A stretch of DNA of 63,975 nucleotides, the filler included, from Bigelowiella natans CCMP2755 (Eukaryota; Protista; Cercozoa): NCBI GenBank assembly GCA_000320545.1. It is 5 parts of 5 records of this genome, joined end to end, with 100 filler letters (N's around TTAATTAATTAA, not from the genome) between each part and the next. Parts side by side here need not be neighbours in the genome. Positions count along the whole stretch, not along the records: positions 21,095 to 45,349 come from ADNK01003284.1; 4 more parts are not named here. One strand, given 5' to 3'. The notes below the pieces were generated by a model. That model worked only from the letters and a program-made list of their open reading frames with translations. It had not been told where the DNA came from and made no database searches. A program made the position numbers and the translations under genes. Positions 31,199-43,972 of this stretch are shown here, in pieces (positions within the stretch are counted from its first letter, which is position 1; each line of letters starts with the position of its first letter).

Positions 31199-31730
31199 AT
31201 CAGCCTACAGAGAGAGGGGGGGGAGGGCTCTTTCAAACCGCCATCATTATTCATTGTACATAATACATATTGTTGAGTGATTCATATTTTAAAAATTTCC
31301 AGATAAGCTTGCGTGAGAGGAGCTATCAGTCACAGAAGACGTAAACAAACTTTGCAGGCTATTACATCAATCTTATTACAACAATCTTCTTCATCATCAA
31401 TACTTGCTACAATCATCATTATAATTTTTGTCGTCATTATCTTTATATCAGTCATACCGGGCATTCGATTTCTACTGCCGGTGTCGTGCAGTAGTACCTG
31501 AAATCAACGGCAATAATACCCATTATCAAATTTACTCATCCATAATATTGAATGCACACAATCGATGGCAAGCGCACATGAACATGCCGCACATACCCAC
31601 ACACATATTTCATTTTTTGTGTGTGCGCCTTCATGTGTGGCTAAGTAGTTTATTTGCTGCAAGAAACTCTACCCAGGAAGACACTCCCGTGTCGACGTAG
31701 AACCTGAGCCATCAGCCACGTATCATTGCA

Positions 31731-31764
<34 letters not shown>

Positions 31765-31924
31765 CGTGCGTGTGTGTGTGTGTGTGTGTGTGTGTATGCG
31801 TGCGTGTTTTTGTTGGTGCAAACGTATATGTACATTTATAAATGGCTGATCAGGGAGTTACTCTATTAACTACTGCTACTACTCTTACGGGTGGGGACCC
31901 GTACTACTACTGCTATTACTGCTG

Positions 31925-31958
<34 letters not shown>

Positions 31959-32098
31959 GACCTTGAGGACAGTACTCCCCAATACCACATGCAACCTTCA
32001 CGGAGGTAGAAGGACAGAAACTCCTTCAAACGCAGAGAAGAACAAAGTACCAACGAAATAACGCCATGGTCGTTCAAAACTGTAAACATCTTCATACG

Positions 32099-32135
<37 letters not shown>

Positions 32136-32261
32136 AGGATAACAGTGAATGCATCGACGAATAGGCTAGTATATAGGCAGATCCTTCACCCTGCGGGACA
32201 GATCGTCCAGTTCGTTGATCTTACTTCACAAAGCTGGGTTAAATTGCACTTGTATCTGCGG

Positions 32262-32306
<45 letters not shown>

Positions 32307-34788
32307 CGTAACGTGTGCGTGTGCGTGTGCGTGTGTGCTTGTATATGTTTTCATGACAGAGCCAGTCCAATGATCTCTTCAGAGATTTGGACTCGGATTT
32401 TATTTCTCCTTTCAGCTGTGTATCGGGTTGCTTACTGTTCAGTGAATGAAGGGCAGTAGTAGCCGGCAGGGCAATCTAAATAAGAAACATCATTTCATCA
32501 TCAAACACCACCAGAGCCGTGCATCACCGCAATACTAGCGCGGCGAGAGAGCAACACATGGCCAACAGTATAAATGACTGCAACCATCTTTTGAGAGAGA
32601 GGAGACCACATTATGTGGTTCGCGCTCAACAGTGTACAAAGCAGCTCAAGCCAAATACACCACTTTACTAAAGCCTCATCATCTACCAGTTTCCTGATAC
32701 GATCCCTCCGGGCAATATGAGCCTGAGAACATTCCACCGCCCCACCACCACCACCACCACCACCACCACCACCACACGTGTATACGAAGAGAATTAATGA
32801 TGGGATTTGTGATCGTCAGCGAACGGCGTCGTAAAGTCAGCAAGGAAGATTGGACGGGGAAAGCACCTTCTACACATGCAGCTTTGACAAGGACCGAAGC
32901 ACAGTAGTATCCTGTTTCCAAAAAGATCGACGAGCAGTACAATTATCTCTTACGAGGGAAATAATCCTTTTTTTATCGGATGAAGATTAGAACATGACGT
33001 CCTTTTTTGTTGTGTTAACGCCTTCTTTTCTCCCTGTTTCGGAATGAATCGGCCAGGAAAATCGGTGTGAAAAAACAAAGTATTACCTGCTGAGCACACC
33101 GTCAGATTGGTGGATCTTGTAGGACAGTACGCAACTTGAGAATCGAACGGGGGAGGGAGAGAAGAAGAGAAGAAAAAGTCAATATTCAAAATTCACTTCG
33201 ATCGCAAGATACAGTATTTCTCCCCTCATGTCCCATAGGAGGAGGAGGAGGAGGAGGAGGAGGAGGAGGAGGAGGAGGGGGGGGGGGGGGGGGGTGGCGA
33301 GAGGAAGATGATAAAGGTGTGTCGTTCCCTTAGGTCATCATGTGCGCACCCCCGCTTTTATCCGTCGTTGGTGTGAAGGCTATTCGGTGTACGGGGCCGC
33401 GCTGTACAATCGTGTGTGTCATTACCAGTTCCAGTGCATGAATATTTTACGTCTGGGGTGGGACAGTAACTTCCACCCGGGCAGTTTGAAACACCTATAG
33501 AGATGCAAATAAGTATCATCTTTGGCTTGACTAAGGAAATATCGCAACATACAATCACGTACACCACCACTACCACTACCAGAGAAAGGTATCAATATCT
33601 AATAGGTAGAAACTCTTGGATCAATGGCATTACTTGTTGAGCTTGCTGGACAATAGTCCCCGATGGAGCAGTTGAAGATTGAGCTGGTTGTCGGGCAATA
33701 TGACCTGATGATGAGAGTAGCAGTTGTTACCAGAAATATTCACAGCGGTAGGTAGGTACCTTCCGTATTATTATTACCACCCTATACGACGCCGACTTTC
33801 ATTTACCCGTTTTCATGATTGTGGGTTTCTGTCTCTCTCTCGCTTATGTTGCATACACTATTACGTATAGCAAAATGTATTTCAATGCATCATCATCCTC
33901 ATCATCATCATCATCATCATGATGGCTGAGGTGGCATATGATTACCCAGCTGGGCAAGGGTTGGAGACCGTTGTTGTTCTTGCCTTGCAGTATTGGCCAG
34001 AACTACACGGAACCGTATTCTCAGGCGTAGTACAAAAGCTCCCTGAACGCACAACAACCAATCGGCAATTTTCTTGGTGTGGCGACGAATGCAAATTTAT
34101 ACTGTTAATCCTGCAGCTACTATTTATTTGTAGGACAATTCATCCGAAATGATAAGGAAAGAAAACACATAGGTGATAAGAAATGAAAACACAAAAGGTC
34201 TGCTGTCAGCCCCAGCAGAGACTAGAGCAGGACCCACACTACCTGCGGGGCAGTCGGCAGCAAAACGCGTACCCACCGGGCAAAGATCCCCTGTAAAATT
34301 AGCAAAATATTTTAGCAGCAGGTACAGCTGAGAAAGAAGGTGAAGAAAAAAGAAGAAAAAAATACAAAACGAAGATAGATAGTAGAAAGATTATACAGTC
34401 ACCTGCTTCACACTGAATCGGAGTTACAGCGGGATTAGGGCAGTAGTAGCCAGAAGGACAATCTTTGGGACTGACGGTTCCATTAGGGCAGGTTTTCGCT
34501 CCCCCAGAGGCCAAAGAGCAATTCAGAACGATCGATGGCAAAGGACAATACATTCCCGCTGGACAGGCCTCTGGACTTGTTGACTGCGGAAAACAGGCAA
34601 AAATCAATTTTTAAATCACACGTAAGGAAGCAATAAAACTCTGGTGTCTGTGGGAGGAAAACGTTGGCATTGAGGTGAAAGCAGGAAGAATTATGAGCAG
34701 ACGTGTATCGGTGACGACGCACCATTTCCAGGCACAATTGCCCGGAAGTGCACGGAATTTTCCTAATATCCGATAAATATAAATAGAC

Positions 34789-34834
<46 letters not shown>

Positions 34835-37356
34835 ACTCTTCGAGTTAGACAGTAGACAGAAAGTCAATGCGATTAAGAGTCAAAAAGAAAAGCTTCGCGT
34901 GATTTACACGATGCACACATCGATCGACCACAACATACATACCGAGTGGGATCCGGGCAGTAATTTCCCGCCGGACATGTCGCATTTGTGATCGAGCCAG
35001 TGGGACAATATGTACCATTTGTACACGGGAATATCTTGTCTGATTGCGGACAAAAGTGACCAATAGGGCAGGAAGATGTGACATTGCTACGCTCTGGACA
35101 ATACTGTCCGGATTGGCACACTTCTTTTTGAGACGGATCGGAACAGTAAAACCCCGCGCTACATACTTCTCTGGACGTTGAGCCTTCTTGACAGTACTCG
35201 CCCACCTCACAATAAATGCGGGCACTTGCATTGGGACAGAAGGAACCGGCTGGACAGTTTGATTCGACGGTGCTTCTTAGTGGGCAGTATTTTCCTGCTC
35301 CGCACGGGATTGCCTGTGATGTATCCGGGCAAAATCGCCCGAGCGGGCAATCTGGAGCGCCCCCGCTTGTGCCTGTAGTACAAAAGTCCCCGACGGAGCA
35401 CAGATGTTGGGTGTTGTCGGTGGTATTGCACCAGAAACCGGCAGGGCACGTGGCCTCGACAATTGAGCCTGCAGGACAGTAGAAGGTGCCATTACATTGA
35501 TATTGCTCAGTCACTGTCGGACAGTAATGATACTCCGCACACGGAGTGAGAGCTGTGGAGTTCTCCGGACAGTAGTATCCGAAAGTAAGAGTATTTACGC
35601 ACGGGTTTTTGGTGATAACGTCCGTGCAGTAGAACCCGGGAGGACAAAAAGTGAGGTTGTATGTTCCAGCTTGACAGTACATCGGAAGATTACACGGTTG
35701 TTGTGTCTTTGGCGTGAAGCAGATCATCCCCGGTGCGCACTGGTCGCGAATGTTTCCTCCTGGACAGTACTCGCCGGGTTTGCACTCTGAACAAGTGCTA
35801 GTTGGCCCAATCAAAGGGATTTCGTAAGCCAAGCCCGAATATCCAGGTTGGCAGGTGCAGTCTTGGACCCTGTAAGCTACGCCCACAACAAGAGTTGTCG
35901 AGAATCCAGGGCATTCGAGGATTTGTGAGCCGGTGCAATAGTAGCCAATTGGACAGTCTTCACATGATATGGTACTGAAGTTGTAGTACTTTCCATCCGC
36001 ACATGTCAGCGAGGGGGACCAGGTTGTTGGAGAAGTCGAGGGGGAAGTCGAAGATGGGCTCAGTGTGGAAGGGCTAATACTCGGGCTTTGGGTTAGAGGG
36101 CTCAGGGAAGTGGGTGCGCACGTACTTGGCGTCATCGAGGGAGCATCCGTCACAGGAGACAGAGTCGTAGGAGTCATGGTAATTGGGGATAATGAAGTTG
36201 GCGACAATGATGTCGGGGAAGAACTTGATGGCGACATCGATGGTGAACAACTCGGTGCAGAGGTAATCGGACTCTGAGTCGATGGTGAACCGGTCTTGGG
36301 AGACTGTGTTGGATTACCGGTCTTGGGAGACTGTGTTGGATTTTCTGTCGGGGATGCTGTTGGTGTTACTGTGGGAGCGTTGGAGGGTGCTGCTGTGGGG
36401 GAAGAACTTGATGGCGACATCGATGGTGAACAACTCGGTGCAGAGGTAATCGGACTCTGAGTCGATGGTGAACCGGTCTTGGGAGACTGTGTTGGATTTT
36501 CTGTCGGGGATGCTGTTGGTGTTACTGTGGGAGCGTTGGAGGGTGCTGCTGTGGGGGAAGAACTTGATGGCGACATCGATGGTGAACAACTCGGTGCAGA
36601 GGTAATCGGACTCTGAGTCGATGGTGAACCGGTCTTGGGAGACTGTGTTGGATTTTCTGTCGGGGATGCTGTTGGTGTTACTGTGGGAGCGTTGGAGGGT
36701 GCTGCTGTGGGGGAAGAACTTGATGGCGACATCGATGGTGAACAACTCGGTGCAGAGGTAATCGGACTCTGAGTCGATGGTGAACCGGTCTTGGGAGACT
36801 GTGTTGGATTTTCTGTCGGGGATGCTGTTGGATTTTCTGTCGGGGATGCTGTTGGATTTTCTGTCGGGGATGCTGTTGGTGTCACTGTGGGAGCGTTGGA
36901 GGGTGCTGCTGTGGGAGCGTTGGAGGGTGCTGCTGTGGGAGCCATGGAGGGAGCTCCTGTGGGAGCGTTGGAGGGTGCTGCTGTGGGGGCGTTGGAGGGT
37001 GCTGCTGTGGGAGCGTTGGAGGGTGCTGCTGTGGGAGCTGTGGAGGGAGCTCCTGTGGGAGCGTTGGAGGGTGCTGCTGTGGGAGCGTTGGAGGGTGCTG
37101 CTGTGGGAGCTGTGGAGGGTGCTGCTGTGGGAGCGTTGGAGGGTGCTGCTGTGGGCACAACTGTAATTGGAGAGCTCGTTCTTGGAGAACACGAGGGCGT
37201 AGTGGATGGAGAGGTAGTGGTTCCCATAACATTGCTAATGGGAGCGAGCAAGGAGGGACAAACGCATACTAACAACCAGAACTGCATCGTCGAAAGGGGC
37301 AAATTTTTCGAAGATTCAAATCGTCTCAAGATGGAAGCGACCGCTTTTTCTGACAT
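25290..37356 (-). CDS. Large secreted/membrane protein: mucin-like P/T/S stalk, many CPxGxYCP Cys-rich repeats, several TM segments, long tail; multi-exon
   Basis: The 830-aa first exon has a signal-like MQFWLLVCVCPSLL, TAAPSNAP repeats and GCC2/GCC3-like Cys repeats. Further Cys-repeat exons run to ~30600, hydrophobic exons lie at ~30030-30125, 29666-29743 and 29350-29431, and a terminal exon at 25290-25664. Joining the 3' exons into one gene is inference. Confidence 0.7.
26798..26917. repeat. 40-bp intronic minisatellite, 3 copies
   Basis: attaggttggtgaga(a/g/t)gtacgaataatacatggaaataat x3. Confidence 0.9.
36210..37155 (-). repeat. Coding tandem repeats: 156-bp (52-aa) unit x~3.5 and 24-bp (TAAPSNAP / TASPTENP) units
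   Basis: gggagactgtgttggattttctg recurs at ~156-bp spacing, with near-identical units visible in the ORF translation. Confidence 0.9.
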
Positions 37357-37874
37357 TTGAACCAACTGTACTTCACCTTGCAGAATTGGTCACAGTGATT
37401 GGAAAAAAGGCAAGGAGAGCTTTCAATTATGAAGGCAGCAAGGCTGCAAGCACCCACAGTTACTCGTTTGAAAAAACACTCTGTTCTACACAGCACAGAA
37501 AAATCTGTTTAGATTAGATGTGATGGTAGAAATCGAACAACAGAACATCTTTATGCCCACCTAGAACAAAGTCAGATCCGCTTGCTTCCCATGCTACATG
37601 TAACTCGGGTTGTTGATCATAGGAGGGAGGAGAATCCAAAGCATGAATGGAATTTTAGCATGATGAAATGCATCTGTGTTGTCGTCGTGGGAAAACAGAT
37701 GTTTGTTTCGGTTTCATTCTCTCCTACGACTACCAGACTACTCAGCATACTCAGCATACTCAGCATTGACAAGTTTGAAAAGAAAAGCGACAGTTGGGCA
37801 GTGCCGGGGGGAGCACCGGAGGACCACAAAGTGTGATTGGACCTCTACGACATTGCATTTCAGCTCTGCGACAA

Positions 37875-40070
37875 TGTCAGGGACTACTGGTTCTCAAATC
37901 TCAAGTTGGAAATTGCATGGGGTTCGCTGTACTCGCAGGTCTGCCATGATCGAAGCAGTGACGGACAAAACCCTTCGGAAATCCAGGGGTGGGGGAGGGA
38001 AAGTGACGGTGGAGGTGACCAATGATGTGTACCGACCGGTCATGTGCACGTGGCTCGACTACGAGGGAAAGCTGGTAAGCGCTGGCAATCTTTGCATCTT
38101 CTTGGCGGGATGAAGATGAAGATGAAGATGAACAAAGCATTGATCAAGTCTACATGCGCCAGAACGGGACCTTTGTCCAACCTTCTGTGTTCATTTTGCA
38201 TTTCAGGACAGTAGAGGAGGCCGTGAAGTGAGGGCAGGGGGCACTTACCATCAACGAACGTCGCCGCACCACCCCTTCCTGTTTGCCGACGTTGAGACGG
38301 GGGCAGAATTGGCCTGTGTTTGCTTTCCGGAGTCTGGCACCTTCTCCCTTCTCCAGTTAATCGAAAAATTCAATACTGTTGCGAAGGGAACAAAGGTTTT
38401 CCAAGAACACAAACTGTACCCGATGCTCCCTCCCAACCCCCCCACACATGATGATCGAACCCCGAGTTGTAATGTAGGTGCAAAACAAGCACGAATCTTA
38501 GTCTTGCAAACTATGACATGGAGGTGACTGATTATTCCCGTAGGAAGTTGTACTAATGCGAAGGCCTTTCCGGGACATCAAAATAGGAACGAGATTCAGC
38601 ACAATAAAAAATAATTTCTCGTGGAGCAACGTAACGGAGGAAGGCATGGTAGTCGGCTTCGACTGTATGAGTGATACTACGACTGGGTCGGCTGTGCAAT
38701 CCATTAAGTCCATCAAGATGTATCTCATGAAAACAAAGCAAGGGGAAAGCGTGACCGAATTAAAGCAAATTGAAGGTTTGAAGTGCTCAGCTGCAGCTAC
38801 CATCGATCTCGCCGACATTGAGCGGGTACGTGTAGTTCACCATTTGACTCAATTCGAAACAAAGCTTGTCAGTAAGTCGGAGATTAAGGAGTAAAGCGAA
38901 AGGGGTTTCAAGACAGTGACACCTGCGAAACTGTCAGAGGATGAACGCGGAAGGTATCTTTGGACTGTGGAGAAGCACATCGACCAGGGCAAGGGGATGA
39001 TCCAAGAGCTCAAAAAGAGGGGGCTCGAACGCAAGGAAGGCATGCCTGACCACGTGTTTGTTCGCCGCTTATGCACCGAGATACCCAAGCACATCAAATT
39101 CGACGTCACAAAAGATATGCAGAACTACAACAAGCCGCCGAGTCATGCCTTTAAAACAGGCTATGGGATGTGCCAGCGGTACTGCAAAGTCTTGATTGCA
39201 GCCTGTCGCCTCTATGGCATCCCTGCGCGAGAGATTTTTAACGTGCCTAGAATGGAGACACCTCTCCATCCTTTTCATCCGTCTGCTCATCACAGTTGTG
39301 TGGAGGTACATCTCAAAGGAGCGGGATGGGTTGCTGTGGATCCCCATCCAAGTGCAGGCAAACTAGGCGCATTCACAGAGTACATGGCCTTCGGCTCTGA
39401 CCCGCCAAGCACAGCGATCTTTGAGGACACAAACAAGCTTGGGCCGGCGTTGAAACCTTCGACCCAAGGGTCAAAAACGTTGAAAGAAGCCGAAGCTGAA
39501 GTTGCTACACGTGATGCATTTGCCAAGTTCGACTTATCCAAAGACCGCTTTCTACAGAAGGGGGAAGCCATAAACTTTTTGGCGTCGGAACTCGGCCTTC
39601 CGAAAGTGGATGGCCGTGGGGAGAGAAACACTACTTTGGACACGTTGTTCCTCATCTTAGATGTAAACGATGACGGCAAACTTAGTGAACGAGAGCTTGT
39701 ACAAGCTGTGGCGGACCGTCGCCTTCCTGGCATCAACCATAGCAGGCTGGTGTATCCAGGCAGCAAGGTTGCGGGAGTGTTTCGGAAGAAAAGTACCTCA
39801 AAGCGCGTTGGCGGCACTCCAATCCGCTGGCGCTGGTCTAAAGTGCAGGTTTATCCCGGCCTTGATAGGTTCCGCGAAATTCTGAAAGGGCTTGGAGCTG
39901 ACGTCGAGCGCCCCGGGAGTTCCCACCATTCACTCTCTGATTCAGTTCTGAGGAAAACTAAGCATCCTGCAGTGAAGTTAGACTATGATCGTGTCGTAAT
40001 ACATCGACTAGACAAGGGGACATCCCCACAACTCGAAGCGACCTGGGGGGAAGGCGATCCTTTGCCGTGA
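37875..40070 (+). CDS. VHL-beta-like + transglutaminase-like + EF-hand protein, 4 predicted exons
   Basis: VTVEVTNDVYRPVMCTWLDYEGKL|...TYHQRTSPHHPFLFADVETG (VHL beta-like). GMCQRYCKVLIAACRLYGIPAREI...HHSCVEVHLKGAGWVAVDP (Cys-His-Asp triad). FDLSKDRFLQKGE and LDVNDDGKLSEREL (EF-hands). Confidence 0.8.
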
Positions 40071-41049
40071 CATGTTGAGAGATGTTGCAAAAGTAGAACC
40101 GCTGCTGCACTTGTGCCACGTACCATCATGCCCTTGCAACGCCCCCCTTTTCTTGGGCCCTGCGCACCCATTCAAACTACTTCGCGAGCTTCTAGAGCTC
40201 TAATGTGGGTTTTCATGTCAATTGAAACACACGGCAAATGCCAACATGGATTCAGTTGCACGATCCGCTCACGTGCTGCATCTTGAGATGTGGCGCTCTG
40301 GCCACAGTATAGCTACATTGTGCTAGCATGTTGTGCAATGTTTAGCTGTGCTGTAGTGCACGCCTACATTTTGTGGATCAATCGTTGGGGAGCGTGACAA
40401 AAAGCTTTGGTGAGCAGCTAACATTCATCATGTTGCGCCAAGCCTTGCTGATGGCTTGTCAATTAGCTGCATGCACGCTAGCATGTGCTCCAACAAACAT
40501 GTGTCGACGCATGTCAATGTGTCCTAGCGCTAGCGCTGCACCAGCAACGCAGCAGCGCTGCGCAGCGCATGAAAACCGATCGCAGCGCCAATGTGATCGC
40601 AATGCAATCATTTTGAAACACATCATCAATCACATTTCTCCATGTCAGCCATGTTTGGGTCACAAAGCTAGCTGTGGAAGCCCAGAAACCAGCACGAGCG
40701 TGCTGCATCAGCAATGCCATCAGGCTGCATGTTCGCTTCGAGCTGAAACTCGAGCTCATTCATGACAGACACAGCAACACAAAAAGCAGCAGGAACCTTG
40801 CCTCCAATGGTTTTGGAATGAAACTTCGCTTCTGACTGACACTTGGTGCTGCCACCACAGGCTGGGACGATCTGACTCGATGCTCATTGATGTGTGCAAG
40901 CTGCTGGTTCGAAGAAGATTTTTCCTTGCTCTTCCGATTTCTGATCAAGTGCATCACAGATTGAGCAGTGAGTGTTGCTTTGACCAGTTTCAACAATCAA
41001 CTCACCTTTTGGAAGCTTTCTCAGCTTTCTTGGCGTTGAGCTCCTGACA

Positions 41050-42793
41050 CTTCAGCCTTTGTTCAGCACTCAATTCAGCTCTGCAGCTGGTTTTCAAGGC
41101 ACTGAGGCAAAATGGGAGAAATCAGTCCCATGCCATGTTCGAGGATGGGGCGAACGAGAGCATTCCAGAGATGAATCCGTGTTCTGGGGCGGAGGCCTGA
41201 ATGCCTTGCGAAGCTGTGCTTGAGCCTGCCAGAAGCTCGCTTCGCTGCTTTCATGGTGTCCGTGATGTGCGCATGCCAGCATGGAACGACAAGGAGCTTT
41301 GGAAGGCAATTCCCAGATGCCGATGTTGGTTCACCAAGCGCATCAATTCACCACAGCATCCAAACTCACATCGTGAGCAATCCTGTTTGAGAACAGAAGA
41401 CCCGACAATCGTGATGCCAAACTGTCTTGTCTCCGTTGGCCTTGAGTCTCCGTTCTCTGCACCATTGAGTCGTCACTTCGAGAGCCAGCTTGATGTCAAG
41501 AGGAGTGGCAGCAACCAAAGCGATGTCATCAGCAAAGAAGAGTCCTGGTCCACGAGCATTTGCAAACTGGACGCCACAGCCACGCTGTCTCAGTCGTTCC
41601 GTGAGGTCGTCAATGAACAACGCAAGTGGAACTGGTGATTCAGGGGCACCTTGAGGGAGACCTTGGTTGACGTGGAAGGGTTGGCTTGGAGATTGATCAA
41701 TCGGGGACCTGACCCCACGTGACTGGGAGGCCAGCACGTTCTTGAAGAGGTTGTGCACTCTGCCCGTCACACCACTTCTCAGAAGCTCAGCTCGTGGACC
41801 TTGAGTCCAAACTTCATCGCAGGCTTTGCGTGGATCGATGAAAGCAACTGTGGATCCCAGGTTTTGGGCCTTGCGGAGACAAAGTGTTTGGTGCAGGTTG
41901 AAGACGTGGAAGTCAGTGCCACGATTCCTTCGAAAACCACCTTGTTCGTCCGCAAGACAGTTGTCGTTTTCCAGGTGTTCACAGACTCTCGTCGTTGCAG
42001 CACCAGACACCAGCTTGCTGAGGGCATTGAGCAGTGCAATGCCCCTGCAGTCAGTGAACTCCAGGTTGGATCCCTTTCCCTTGAAGAGAGGAGCTACGAT
42101 GCCTTCTCTCCAGCACGGTGGCTGCATTGTCAAGGGTTTCTCACTCCCCGGGAATCCCGGCAGGGATGCGCGGACTTTCAGGGTGTGCCTCACTTCGGCG
42201 GCAGCCGAAAATTTTTTTGGGATTTGAACTGAAAACGAAGATTTCCTTGTGAAAAATCGAATTTCATGTGTGAACATCCATGGATTTCTTTGGCCGAAAT
42301 TGACGTGAAATCTCTGGCAACGCTCGCAACTTTTTTTCACACGAGCTCATTGGGGTCAACCCCAGCACACCACACCAACCTTCCTTGCCCTCTTTCCCTC
42401 ATGTCAAGTTCAGAGAATTTTGTGTTGAAGAACGGGAGTCATGTGAGGGTGCATCATGAACACAACGGGGGGTCGCAGTTGCACACGACAGTCTGATTTC
42501 TCTGCCAAAGTGCGGTTGGGGTCACGTGACGAGGAGGCTGGACGGGAAGACGTGTCATTGGGGAGAACTTGAGGCAACGTTCTCGGTTGCTGAGGACGAA
42601 TGGCGTCACATCAGGAGAAGCTGCAAGGAGGATGGTTTGAAGGATGTGTGCCAGTCATGCCTGTGTGCTGACCACACAAGATGCATGTGCAGATCCGGAA
42701 CACACAACCCTCCAGAGCTGGCATCGCAGTGTTTGATTGCACGTTCACACACAACACACACACACACAACACACACACAACGCACACACACAT

Positions 42794-42837
<44 letters not shown>

Positions 42838-42848
42838 CATGCACACAC

Positions 42849-42885
<37 letters not shown>

Positions 42886-43667
42886 GCACACACCATGCAC
42901 GTGTGCATCATGGCTCACCTTTTCTTCGTTCATCACTCGCTGTCGAATTTGAACACGTCATTTTGAAATTGTGAATCATTTCAGAAGAAATGTGCCAATT
43001 TTGACCAGTGAAAAGTGAACTGGTGAGCCCACTGCGCCGCGCTGCGCCGCGCTGCGCCTGCCACAAACTGCAAAAAATTGTGCCTGCGCGCGCATTTTTG
43101 CTCCGGAAGTGTTCAATTTTGTGTTTTGAGTTGTGAAAATTTGAGAGAAGAAAGATCTTTTTGCACCTGTCACTTTGGCATGGTTTTTGTGGAAGGAGGC
43201 GAAGTCAGGGGCGTTTCCGGAGCACTCAAAGTTTGTGCCCTGCCCATTTTCGATTTTCCAAAAAACACTTTTTTTTGCTTCCCTGAGGGTCCTGGGGCCC
43301 TCACATGGTCCACAGGGGTCATGTGTGAAAGTTTGGAATGGAATCCGCGCATGCCTGCCGGGATTCCAGGTGAGTGAGAAACCCTTGCCAATTGTCAAGC
43401 AGCGTTGGCCATTGCCGTGAGGGCAGTGGGCAGGGTTGACTCATCAACACCTTTGCTGCAAGTTGCTGCCGATTTGATGAAGATGGGAAGGATCTCATCT
43501 GGGCCCGCCGCTTTGTTTGGCTTCCATTTGGCGATTTGGGATTGTGCCTCCTCCCAAGTGAAGTCGTGATCAAGAGGGGAAGGTCCTGAGCTCTCCTCTG
43601 GATGAGTGAGTTCTGTTTCGACCTGCCTTTTGAAGTCGGTGTCGAATGCGAAGGGACAAAACAGCAT
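41050..43667 (-). mobile_element. Degenerate non-LTR (LINE) retrotransposon ORF2/RT fragment, interrupted by a TIR element
   Basis: NKAAGPDEI (43395-43667), then WREGIVAPLFKGKG, DCRGIALLN, EQGGFR, FIDPRKACDEV, GLPQGAPESP, LFFADD, ANGDKT (41400-42130). The 3' limit is approximate. Confidence 0.9.
42131..43387. mobile_element. Non-autonomous TIR DNA transposon (~1.26 kb) nested in the LINE
   Basis: ~44-bp terminal inverted repeats caagggtttctcactc(c/a)cc(g/t)ggaatcccggcagg(g/c)atgcgcgga at 42131-42174 and 43344-43387. LINE coding resumes on both sides. Confidence 0.85.
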
Positions 43668-43972
43668 GAATCATGAAGTCCATTTTTCTCCGATGTTATC
43701 CGGTGTTTGTGTTGTCATTTTCATTGGAACATGAAATCCATTGCGTTTTATTTAGACGACAGCAATGATTTCATGTCGCATTTGCAATTGTTGAAACGAG
43801 ACACTTACGACTTCCAGCTGACGCAGAGTCGCTCTTGTTGACGACGAAACTATTTAGAGGACGCGTAAGGAGGGGAAAGATAGAACAGAGAGAATGCCAG
43901 CAGGCTTCCTCCTTATTGAATGTAGATGCTGCAATGGGCTAGAATCGCCACATTAAAATAGCAGAATCTCCT

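Noticed and set aside
38524-38543. Possible 20-nt GT-AG micro-intron
   Set aside because: Splicing it gives an immediate stop. An upstream donor at ~38474 restores the frame.
40373-43667. Dense overlapping ORFs in many frames
   Set aside because: By-product of TAA/TAG loss from TpA depletion. Only the RT frame has recognisable motifs.
40671-43696. CpG-methylation decay or classical RIP as the cause of the TG/CA excess
   Set aside because: CpG remains frequent, and RIP would create TpA rather than remove it. Codon changes point from TA to TG/CA.
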